A stretch of 64,000 nucleotides of DNA, from assembly GCA_903813345.2 (NCBI GenBank), contig CAIIXF020000001.1:9610001-9674000 (forward strand), given 5' to 3'. A program made the position numbers and the translations under genes. The notes beneath the pieces were generated by a model. It did no database searches. It was not told where the DNA came from and was given only the letters and a program-made list of their open reading frames with translations. This document shows positions 41,101 through 53,100 of this stretch, piece after piece. Within the stretch, counting starts at the first letter, position 1. Each line of letters begins with the position of its first letter. The stretch is from Owenia fusiformis. Its lineage: Eukaryota.

Positions 41101-44100
41101 GCGTTCGTCTGTTCGTTCTTTTTGCGTTCGTTTGTGTGTTCGTTCGTTCGTGCGTTCATTCGTGCGTTCGTTTGTAACTACGTTCTTGCGTGCGTGGGTT
41201 CGATCTTTTGTAAATTGTTTACTTCTATCTTTCCTTCATGCGTTCTTTTGGCCGCCTATCCGTCCGTTTGTTCATTTATTGTTTTTTCGGCTGTTCTTCT
41301 GTCCATCCTTGCGTTCTTTCCTCGTTCGTTTGTTCGTTTGCAGGTTTTCATCAAAATTTGTCTTTCCACTGCCATATGAAAGAATGTAAATAATCAAGAA
41401 AGCAAGCAAGGATGTGAGGAAGTAAACAAGCAACGAAGTAAGTAATTGAGTTAGCAAGCAAGTAAAGAAGGGATGGAGGAAGTAAATCGAAGAAGTGAAG
41501 GTGGGAGTAATATAAGTAAGCAAGGTAGGAAAAAAGGAAGGAAGGAGGGAAGGAAAGAAGCAATGAAGCAAGGAAGGAAGAAAGGAAGGAAGTGAGGAAG
41601 AAATTTGTGAAGGAAGCGAGGAAGCAAAGAAGGGGGAAAGAAGGGAGCGAGGAAGGAAAAAAGCAAGGAAGGAAAGAGGGAAACGAGGAAAGAAGGAAGC
41701 GAGGAAGCAAGGTAGGAAGTGAGGAAGGAAAGATTCCGAGGAAGGAAGGACGCAAGGAAGCAAAGAAGGAAGGAAGGAAGCAAGGAAGCAAGGAAACGAG
41801 AAAGCGAGGAGGGAAGAAAGTGAGGAAGCAAGGAAGGAAGGAACTGAGGAAGAAAGAAAGGACGGAAGCGAGGGAACAAGGAAGGAACGATGCGAGGAAG
41901 GAAGGAACTGAGGAAGCAAGGAAGGGAACGAGGAAGAAAGGAAGCCAGGAAGCAAAGAAGGAAGGAAACGATGAATCAAGGAAGGAAGGAAGCAAGCAAA
42001 GACCCAAGAAAGGAAGGAAGGAAAAAAGCAGGGAAGGAAGTAAGTAAGGAAAGAAGGCGAGAAAGCAAGGAGGGAAGGAAGCAAGGAAGGAATGAAGCGA
42101 CAAAAGAACAACGCGAGGAAAGAATGAAGGGAACGAGGAAGCAAGGAAGGAGGAAAGAAGGAAGTGAGGAAGGGAGGAAGCAAGGAATGAAGGAGGGAAG
42201 TGAGGAAGGAAGGAAGCGAGGAAGGAAGGAAGCGAGGAAGGAAGGAAAGAAGGAAGCGAGGAAGCTAGGAAGAAAGCAAGCGAGGAAGCATGGAAGGAAG
42301 GAATAAAGCAAGGAAGGAAGGAGGAGAGGAAGTGAGGACGAAATTTATGAAGAAAGCGAGGAAACAAAGGAGGAAAGAAGGGAGCGAGGAAGGAAAAAAG
42401 CATGGAAGGAAAGATGCGAGGAAGGAAGGAAGCGAGGAAGGAAGGAAGCGAGGAAGCAAGGTAGGAAGGAAGCGAGGAAGGAAAGATGCGAGGACGGGAG
42501 GAAGCGAGGAAGTAAGGAAGGAAGGAAGCAAGAAAAGAAGGGGCGAGGAAGGAAGGAATGAATGAAGCAAGAAGGGAAGGAAGGAAGTGATGAAAGAGAG
42601 AGGCGAGGAAGCAAGGAAGGAATGAAGCGAGGGAGGAAGGAAGCGAAGAAGCAAGATGGGAAGCAAGCGAGGAAGGAAAGATGCGAGGAAGGAAGGAAGC
42701 AAAGAAGGAAGGAAGCAAGAAAAGAAGAGGCGAGGAAGAAAGGAAGGTAGGAAGCGAGGAAGGAAAGAAGCAAGGAAGGAAGGAAGCGAGGAAGGAAAGA
42801 AGCGAGGAAGCAAGGAAGGAAGGAAGGAAGTCAGGAAGGAAGGAAGCGAGGAAGCAAGGAGGGAAAGAAGCAAGGAAGGGAGGAAGCAAGGAAAGGAGGA
42901 AGCAAGGAAGCAAGGATGCGAGGAAGGAAGTAAGCGAGGAAGCAATGAAGGAAGGAAGCAAGGAAGGAACGAAGCGAGGAAGGAAGGATGCAAGGAAGCG
43001 AAGAAGGAAGGAAGTGAGGAAGCAAGGAAGGGAGGATGCAAGAAAGGAAGGAAGGAAGCAAGGATGGAAGGAAGGAAGCGAGGAAGGAAGGATGCAAGAA
43101 TGCGAGGAAGAAAGGAAGGGAGGAAGTGAGGAAGGAAGCGAGGAGGGAAGCAAGGAAGGAAGCAAGAAATAAAGGAGGGAAGTGAGGAAGGAAGGAAGCA
43201 AGGAAGGGAGGAAGCGAATGAATGAAGTGAGGAAGCAAGGAAGGAATGAAGCAAGGAAGCAAAGAAGGAAGGAAGCGAGGAAGGAAGGAAGCAAGGATGG
43301 AAGGAAGCGAGGAAGGAAGGATGTGAGGAAGCGAGGAAGGAAGCAAGGAAGGAAGGAAGCGAAGAAGCAAGGAAGGGAGGAAGCGAGCAAGCAAGTAAGC
43401 AACAGGAGATTGATATAGGAATAATATTCATAAACATTATTCTGACTAAATCATTTTAGGTTGACCTAAACGCACGCTTATACGTGTATCTTACTGAATA
43501 TCGACTTGTACTCAAAGATGGAACAGAGGGGACAGTTGCAATACAGAGAATACAGAATATCTTATATTACTTCAAATTATGAAAATGAGGTTAAATGTTT
43601 AACATTTCGTCCGATCTAATACTCATCACATTTCTCAGATGATCTTTCTTATTCTGTAAAATGGCATGGAAATATGATACTGCAGTTTTCCATAACAATG
43701 TATCATAATATGAACTATATTAAACAGTTGTGTTTGCTGTTATTGAGAATTGTATTGACAAATAATGTATTCATCAAACTGGGTACAATAGTGGATCAAG
43801 GTGGGTACGAAAGTGGGAAATTTCCAGGGTAAGATCGGGATTCACTCCATTTTTGAGAGACACTTGCTCCTGTTTTCAGCGGGACCTCCTCATGTTTTCA
43901 GCGGGGCCTCCTCCTGATTTCAGCGGGATCTTTGCTTAATTGCTCCTGCTAGAAGCGGGGCCTTGAGGGATATGATCAAATTTAAATATAAAATGTTCTG
44001 TAAAGCTTTAGGAAGTGAAACTCGGTACATCTTTATTTTATATCACTATCGTTATTTCAACCACAGGACAACATCGTTCTTCACCAATAACGTATAGAAA

Positions 44101-47100
44101 TATATAGATAAAGATTCAAAAAGATACTTTCTCTCTTCAATTGACAAATAACGAACCACAGAACGACCGCTCGTGATACATTTTTTCCAGCAGTTGCTTT
44201 TTTAGTCTCAATACCATGTAATCATTGGGGAAAATTAAAAGAAAACGTTTTGTAAATCATACAATTCAAGAACACAAAAAAGAACCCATGACTTATTTTT
44301 ATTCCTCGCGATTTCAGCGGGAACTTGCTCGCGATTTTTAAATCATAGCGGGGCTTTAGATACTACCCGTGAAATCTATATAGAAAATCTGCATCGTACT
44401 GTTTTATCTCTATATTTTATGCTGCATATTTCTTTTGAATTTGGAAAGCTATGGCCGCCATACGCCCACCCTAGAACAAATGTGACTCAGACATAATGAA
44501 ATTGGGTCAACCCACCAAAAAGTATTCTGTAGATCAACAAAACCAAAGGCGATTCAAAAATTCCAGTATGCAAATCTCTACTGAATGTAATCTTTCTCTT
44601 TGTGAAAGGAAGAAATAGATCTTAAAGGAATTGTTTATAAATTGCTACCTAGCTGCATTCTCCAGTCTGTAAGTGAACATATGAGCACTATTCTCAGCAA
44701 GGCTCCCTTCCCCTTCAGGAACCACCCACTGGACACCACTACTGGGTTCCTCAAGTGAAAACTCTAGGATTAGCCTAATGGGCTGCATTTCTAAACAAAT
44801 AACAAAATGAAAACAAATAATATTTAGAGGTTAGGTCACTATCGTGGCATATATGCCCGAGGTCTCAGTGATATATGGCTCGACCTTGGGAGGGACATTG
44901 ATCTCTGAGAACCGAGGGCATATGTGCCACGATAGTGACATCAACGATTTATAACATACCTATGATGATGTAGACTGGTCAGAGAGTACCGTTTTCTTAT
45001 AGAATTGACAAACAAATGGTTTGAAAATGATTGAAATGAGTTTAGAAAAATTGCTCAATCTTCGATTGATTGGTTATGATGTCAGCGCCTTGACCAATCA
45101 GAAAGTTAGCGGGCGCGGGCTTTTCAAAACTTATATTGGCCCGCTGTCTTGTGTACACTTTGCACTATACATCATCATAGGTATGTTATAAATAACTCTA
45201 TTTGACATGTTATAAAAGTGCACAAGGCACTGAAATAAACAACTACTTACTTACTTAAGATTTGATAAATAGAAAAATATATTGTAAATAAAATGTCAGG
45301 ATCTTTTTCAGAATCAAAATTAGAAACTTTAAACGAAGTCAAACTTGTTTGAATTGCTATGGCACAAGATTGATGTTCATATTGAACAATGTTCTCCTAT
45401 TCTAACTACAAAATATTTGTTCTTTGGATGTTTAGTCATCCCTGGGATATTATCATAATGATATATAAGCTATGTCATAAAAGAGAGCAACAATGATAAA
45501 TGAAACATTAAAAAAATTCAAATTTAATGAAAAAGCCATCAAATGGTTCAAACTTTTATATAAAAAATCATTCTTGAATATTAAACAAAATAGTTGGCTT
45601 TCTAAAGATGTTAATATTGAACGTTCTTGTCGTCAAAGTTGCCAGGTGTCTGCAATGGCATTTATTTTGTGTTGTGAAGTCATGAATCTAGCTTTATATC
45701 AAAATCAGGAAGTTAAAGGTTTAACAATAGGTAAAAGTGAATATAAAATTTCGCAATACGCAGATGATACTGCACTATTTCTAAAAGATAAAAACTCAAT
45801 TACACATGCACTTTCAACAATCAAAACATTTTCTAAATTTTCAGGGTTAAGGTTAAATAAAGATAAGACTGAAGGAATTTGGCTTCATAGAAATATGATA
45901 AATGATGAAAAATATGAAAACATTTCATTCACAAATGAACCAGTGAAATATTTGGGTGTTTATATAGGACACAAAAAAAGAGAAATCTCATAAACTGAAT
46001 TGGGACGATAATGTAAATAAATTAGGGTTTACCTAGGACAGATAAATGACAATAACATCAAAAAGATGTTATATTACATTCTTTGAAGAAGGAAATAGGT
46101 ATAAGAAAAAATGTATTTTACCCACAATTTTGGAAAATATGTGACACTATCTTATTATTGTAACATTGAAAAAAAACCAATGATATTGATGATGAGTCAC
46201 GGGAATGCAGAAATCCACAAATATTGAGAAACCTAATCCCCTTTCTAAAAATCATTTTTTGCAAGTATGTTGTACATTATCCCGAGCTGCTTCATCATGA
46301 AAATACATAAGCAAAACCCTTCCATTCCTGAACCAGAGAGGATATGGTTTGTAGTTGGGGAGGCCTTATATTTAAAGCTAAGTATGCTTTATAAGAAGAC
46401 GTACCTGCTACAATGGGAAAGGCCTCATTTGGCAACCTGAGTGTGATCTCTCCACTCCCGACACTGGCATCAACACTACATACAGCATCATTGTATGCAT
46501 TCATGTATGTGTCCAGATTACGCCTAAATAAAAATATATTAATACAGTTTTTATTCAAAGTAAAAAATAGCAAGACACACAGGTTTAAATTATCACACTT
46601 TTTTATTAAAAAATTCAAAACGGTCATCAAGTTATTTACCCAGCATGCCCAAGATTTTGATGACAAGATTCATGTGGCGCCCTCTGCCCACCCAATCACA
46701 CAAACATACATCCAGCAGCACAATGACAATAGAGCAATTTGTTTGAAAAAGAATTATGACGAAACTCAACATGACAAACTTTACAACAATTATGGTGACT
46801 TACGTTTTTCCTTCCCCCTGTACAGCTTCTAATGTGGGGTCATTATAGAGGAAGGGGATCTCCCATTTGTCATTGACACTAACTCTGTAGATTTCTGATA
46901 CAGGATAAGAAATATACTAACTGTATGTAAAGTTTAAGGGTACATGTAATAAAATGTTTCCACTTAAGGTAAGAGAAATTAAATGCAAAATCGTTCAATA
47001 TTCAAATCTATTTAGTCCAGGTACTCTTGTCAAATGTCAAGGTAATATGACAATATGTAACGGCCAAACTGCCCTAATACGTCACTTCCGCTGAATAGAA

Positions 47101-50100
47101 AAAAGTAGTTTTAAAAAATGAATGTAGTCCCAACACAGTTGTGATCATGACAAGTCAGTAAGCTAGTATGTAGGTACAGTTGTCATCTTTTTGCAATGAC
47201 AACATGCCATTTCTTCTGAAAATGCGTTTATTTGGGTTATCTGAAGGAAAATTTTGAGTCAATTGGCGTATTAATTTTGCCATCATTTTTGTGAATTTCA
47301 ATTTCTGTCAGCAGAGAGAGGGGGTAGTGTCACAATTGACCAATCATTTCAAAAAGTAAATGTTTGGCCCCTATTGAGTTTAGCGTCAAAATGTAGCTTA
47401 GACATAGCTTTAGAACCTCAGATAGGTCAGTGAGGCCACATAAATCCATAACCCGAGATAAAAAGTCAGGCTTTTGTCCTTTTGCCCATTGACTAGTATG
47501 GTGACGTGAATTAGGGCAGTTTTGCCAACCACAGATATAAAGGCCATAAAGGCAGATGGATGAGTGGGCAATTTCATGAGTCTATTCACAAAATCCATTA
47601 TATTTAAATTATTAAGAGAAGTGACCGATTGAATAAATATGTTGTGATGATACCTGACCATTTAAGCGACCATTGGGTTTCATGCCTAAAAAGTTTAAAA
47701 TGCCTTATATCATAAATTCTACTTACCATGCTGCATGAAAAAGAATGAACAGCCAATTTGAAACAATTGATCTTTGAATGGCCAAATTAATAACATATCT
47801 CAGGTTCTGAGATAATCCATGGGCTTTCTGGGACTCTCCAGCGTTTTGGGGCTAATACAGTATATGGGACATTCATTTCCAGTTGCATGACATTTCGCAG
47901 GTAGGTCAACACATTCATATTTTGTTGAAGATTTTCATGTCATGGTACACTGCAATTCCGCAGCATGTCAATATTGAACAAATATGTTTTGAAAGATTTA
48001 TGATTAAATTGACACGTCCAGGGATATCAATCCAGTATATTTATTTTGTGTCGAATATCACTTTTTAGTTTAAGTACAAACTGTAAGAGGTTTTACCTCC
48101 CGGATTTTAACTTTCATTGGGTTAAAAGGTACAACTACAAAGCACCAATTTTTTTAATTCTTATACTTTAAAGGATACTGCATTGTTTACAGTTGAGTTT
48201 TATTCTTCTGAGATCCTGCCTTAATGGATGGATTGTCAACTCAGTATAGCCCTGGAACAAAAGAAAACATATATTTTCAAGACAGAATATTTCCCTCTTA
48301 CCCTCTAGTTTTTGAGTTTTTGAGGACAGGAGAATATTAAAGTATTAGAACTCAATTTAGCACTAAAATTCAAAGACAGCATGTGTTATTGTAGAAATTA
48401 ATTTACCCAATATTCATTTTATCTCGTAACAATTTCTTGTTATGAAGTTTTTCTAAAAATCTTAAAAATTAAAATTTTATTCAAAGGATTTCAATATTCA
48501 TGTTCATTGCATATGGTATATTATACCATGGTCAGAGCAAAATCAAAAACAATTTTTTGCATTTTAACTGTTAAGAAGATACAACCATGCATACTTTAAT
48601 ATACATGTATCAGGGCTTTCAATAGCAGGGGGCGAGTGTCTGAAATCGGCGTTTGTTTTCGATAATACGCCGCTTGTTAGAAGTCAAATATTGTTTTGGG
48701 GGAAAATTAAAAGTCTTCTATAGACTATCCTTTATTTTATTTAGCGATCTTGTTTTGCACTTCCTTAGTTAGTTAGTTATTTTCCACTGGACATGCAGTT
48801 ACATGTATGATTGATACAAATCTGTCCAACCAGTCACAGTGCAGTCTTTCCAATAGGTGTAAAATTGTGTTAATCAGTTAAAGGCCCCATATAAAGTTTA
48901 AACCACTTTGGCTTATATTGTTGTCTTATCCAATGTTATCAAAGTGTGAAATGTGAAACTTTTTATTAATTTCAAAAATGTTTTTGAAGGACTTTTTGTT
49001 CAAAATATCGTGAATTTATTTAAAACTAACTTTAAGATGACACACTTATCCTTTAAAACGATAATTCACACCGATGCATAGCAATCATCCTCACTTGTTT
49101 TTTGCCGAAAAAAATCAAGAAAATTGGTTGATAGATGAGCGAGCAATGAACTCATCCATGCATGAAAGTGGTTCAGGGAAAGATGCATTTCAAAATTTTA
49201 ATTCTCATTGAAACCAATGGTAAAATAATATTGAAAACATAATATATTCATCCTTTTAACCTGGTTAGACAGTCAAAATTGGTTTATTTTTTAAGTTTAG
49301 CATATTTAGAAAAGATTGACATTGAAAGATGTTGCCACCTAAGTGATGTCACGATGTGGTCACTTAGGTTGAAAATATTTTCGATATGCTAAATCATTGA
49401 ATTGGCACATTAGATATAACATTTTATTCTTAACATAGTTTGCCCGTTGTTCAATCTTTATATTGGTGTTAAAAAGATATAGAGGTTCTTATATGAGTAT
49501 CTGTGCAAGATCGTCCATTCTTGATGAGCTTTCATAATTCTTCTTTATCGAATGGCAGACGAGATAAAGAAACATTATCAAAGCGACTGTCAGATAAATT
49601 TTGGATGTAGTTTCGCACAGGTGTCAACGGAACCAAACCGTGAACCCCGCTTTCCCAAACCCGAGTTTCCAGGATTCGCCTCGCATGCCTTCGACTCTTT
49701 CTCAAGATTTGGGCCCTATATTGTACCCCTACCTTATCATCCTGGTGTCTCGTTTATAACACCCTTGTAATTACAATGCGAAGTTACTTAAGCATGATAA
49801 AAAGTGTATGTGTGGATGGGGGGAGGTTTGAACCTCCACTTATATACATGTATACCTTTATATACTCAACCAGCCAAGTATTAACAGTACAAAAGGGAGA
49901 AAAAATCCATCAGGTCAATAATTCTACACGTTCACATGCAAGTTTAAAAATCTTAAATGTATTTAGAACTACGCCTTTATACCAGTGACACACTTTCACA
50001 GGTGCGTCTTTACAATGAAACACAATAACGAAAATTGCAACTTAAAGATCTTGAAAAAAGTTGCAATATCCTTCCTGGTTAGAATAGGTTTCCACGTACA

Positions 50101-53100
50101 ACTAAAAACATTATATAAAACCAGAACAACGGCAACGCCAAAGCGTAGCGAATCCCATCGAACAGAGATGGCTGGCATTTTTACAAACGAATAGCAAATA
50201 TCATAAAACAACACACCAGAAAGGCCACCATTTTAAAAATGGTTGCTCACTAGCCAAGGTGTCATTAGAAGAAATAATATGCTTTTAAGTAGCCACCTCT
50301 AAAACTTGTAAAAGAACACACATAAAAATGGTGGCCATTTTTCAAAATGGCCGAGTACTCCCAAAAATTTTTATTAGACAATGTGCCATGCTTACAGTAT
50401 TCACATATCAAATATGAACAAAATCGCTCTACTACTTTTTGAGTTATAGTAAAATATGTTAAAATGGCGGCCATTTTACAAAATGGCCACCTTCTACCAA
50501 AAGTGTCATTAGAAATAGACAGTGTGCCATGCTTATAGTATTCACATACCAAATATGAACAAAATCGCTCCACTACTTTTCGAGTTATAGTAAAATACGT
50601 TAAAATGGCGGCCATTTTCAAAACATTTTTCAAAATGGCCGCCTTCTACCAAAAGTGTCATAGGACAGTGTGCCATGCTTATAGTATTCACATACCAAAT
50701 ATGAACAAAATCGCTCCACTACTTTTCGAGTTATAGTAAAATACGTTAAAATGGGGGCCATTTTTCAAATTTTTTTTCAAAATGGCCGCCTTTTAACAAA
50801 AATGTCATAGGACAGTGTGCCATGCTTATAGTATTTACATACCAAATATGAACAAAATCGCTCCACTACTTTTCGAGTTATAGTAAAATACGTTAAAATG
50901 GTGGCCATTTTTCAAAATGGCCGCCTTCTACCAAAAGTGTCTTTAGACAGTGTGCAATGCTTATAGTATTCACATACCAAATATGAACAAAATCGCTCCA
51001 CTATTTTTGTGTTACAGCAAAAATCGTAAAATGACGAGTAAAGGCCGCCATTTTTCAAGATGGCTGCCATGCGCTTCTTTAATATCTACATTTGTAGCAT
51101 TATTAATGTCCTTTATAATTTTTTACATTTAAAACATATTGCTATTACAGTTTTACATATTGCACCTAAATTACTGTAAAATCGGCACTAAAATGGCCGC
51201 CATTTTGAAATGAGCCGCCATTTTGAAAATCGGCTTTTGAGCAGAACTTCTACCCCCATAGGGTATATGTGTACAAAATATGAACAAAATCGGGCCAACG
51301 GTATTTGAGTTATTGCCCGGACGGACGTACGGACGGACGTACGGACGGACGGACGTACGTATGGACGGAGGCGTTCCCTATATCCCTCCGAACTTCGTTC
51401 GATGGGATAATAACTATCTATACACCATCAATGCAAATATATGCTTTCTTCCATTCTGATACTCGTAGCATCTTTCTGTTTCACCTGAATCATCTCAGGG
51501 CTGAGAAGAAATGAGATGACATGGTTTATATTATGATGGCTTTCTTCGAGAATACATAATGCGGGCCTGAGAATGTGGGATGTCACATTCATTGCAACAC
51601 ACCTTGCAACAATGTCTTATAAGGGTAATTTCTTATATTGAGAAGTTTATCATCTATTGAAATTAAATACTTGTAGCTACATGCAAGTAGCAACACATAC
51701 AAGTCTTCCATGCAGATGGCGGTGCGAATTCACATTAACAAATCGTCGCGTGAGAATAACTTTGTACTAACTGCCATTTTCAAAAAAATTGAGATAGACA
51801 TGGAATTTTACTATTTGAAACACAGGCTTTCATCTCAGATACATGCCCCATCTCAATTCCCTCTCATTAAGCTAGAATTCAGATTGAAATTGTACCATCT
51901 CCAGACAAACAGCTTATTTCTAATTTCAAATTGTCATATCTGATATCAACTGTTTCAACCAATCAACTCTCTGAGAATTGGTCATGTGACTTGCAAAACT
52001 TGGAGTTATAACAATCTTATATTAAAACGAAGTATGCCAATATGCATGTTATTGTATCTAGAATGAAATAATGTTTTGTAACACAATACCATGCCAGTTT
52101 GCATGCCTGGCCTTTCATGTTTTAGTTTTAGAACTATTACAAGTAGATCAAAAAAATAAAATGATACAGTATGTGTAATCCCATGCATATTCAAATTATA
52201 TGCCCTCAATTACTTTTTGTATTATGGATGGTCATTGGATTATTCATGGCCACATGATATGAAATAGAATTACTAATTTCCTCGAAAACCTAAATCCTTG
52301 CTACCAGGGAAGATGAAAAGTACAAATGACCAGTTAATTAGATCATGTGAGCAGTCAAAAGCACCCTTTATCTTCCCTGCTACCAGGTCTTATAGGGGTT
52401 TGAATGGCCAAATGCAATAGAAATGCATATACGAAGCTGTCATCATTAAATGTTGAAAATGAAAGACTACTTATTTGTTTCTTCAAATAGAGTACATAAT
52501 AATAGGTCATATATACTAGATATAGTAATCAAAACAAATAGTAACTGTCATATTTTGCACTACATTGCTCAAAGGCAATCACTGTCTGTATACTATTGAA
52601 ATCTCTTTCAAAATGATGTTTTATAGTTTGTGGAAAAAAGCTAAATCTATTTAAACTAGCTTTAACTTTTACTGACCATACACTATATCAATAAGGAGTT
52701 ATCTTTATGTTAGTATAGTCCCTTAAAACACTTATTTTATTTTCTCTTCATCTATGATTTACTTTGCGCTTTTCACTGAACATCTGGGATCTTTTTAGTT
52801 ATTTTATTAAAAGTATGTTTTTCAGATTTGTCCTTTCTTTTGTATTTTTGGGATCTTTGTTTTTAGATCGTCTACATTTTATTTTGGAAAAGTAACAAAT
52901 TGGTTCAATTTCTTTACAAAGAGCCACTCTTATTCTCCACTTCTACAATTGCTTCAATTCCCAATTGTACTCCACAGAGTAGCAAACAACAGAAAATGAA
53001 TGGATAATGATAGCTGCATCCCAATGAACAAAATGTGATTACCTAAATTGAGGTTTCATCACTTTCATTAATCTAAAATGAATTAGAAATTACTTTTCTA

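Larger units (their letters stand above)
39987..44371. mobile_element. Non-autonomous Transib-like (CAC..GTG termini, 5-bp TSD) DNA transposon carrying a microsatellite cargo
   Basis: ~66-bp TIR CACGGGTAATATCTAAAGCCCCGCTATGATT..; TSD AAATC on both sides; inverted subterminal CCCGCTGAAAA..GAGG repeats at ~40396-40460 and ~43870-43930. Confidence 0.85.

Noticed and set aside
40675-43437. Many overlapping long ORFs (up to 683 aa, FLPS/RKEG-rich)
   Set aside because: Artefacts of stop-poor tetranucleotide microsatellites
47727-47960. Exon-like minus-strand stretch ending in GTAAGT within a TAF2 intron
   Set aside because: The frames I translated contain stops, no recognisable homology, and it is not needed for TAF2 continuity
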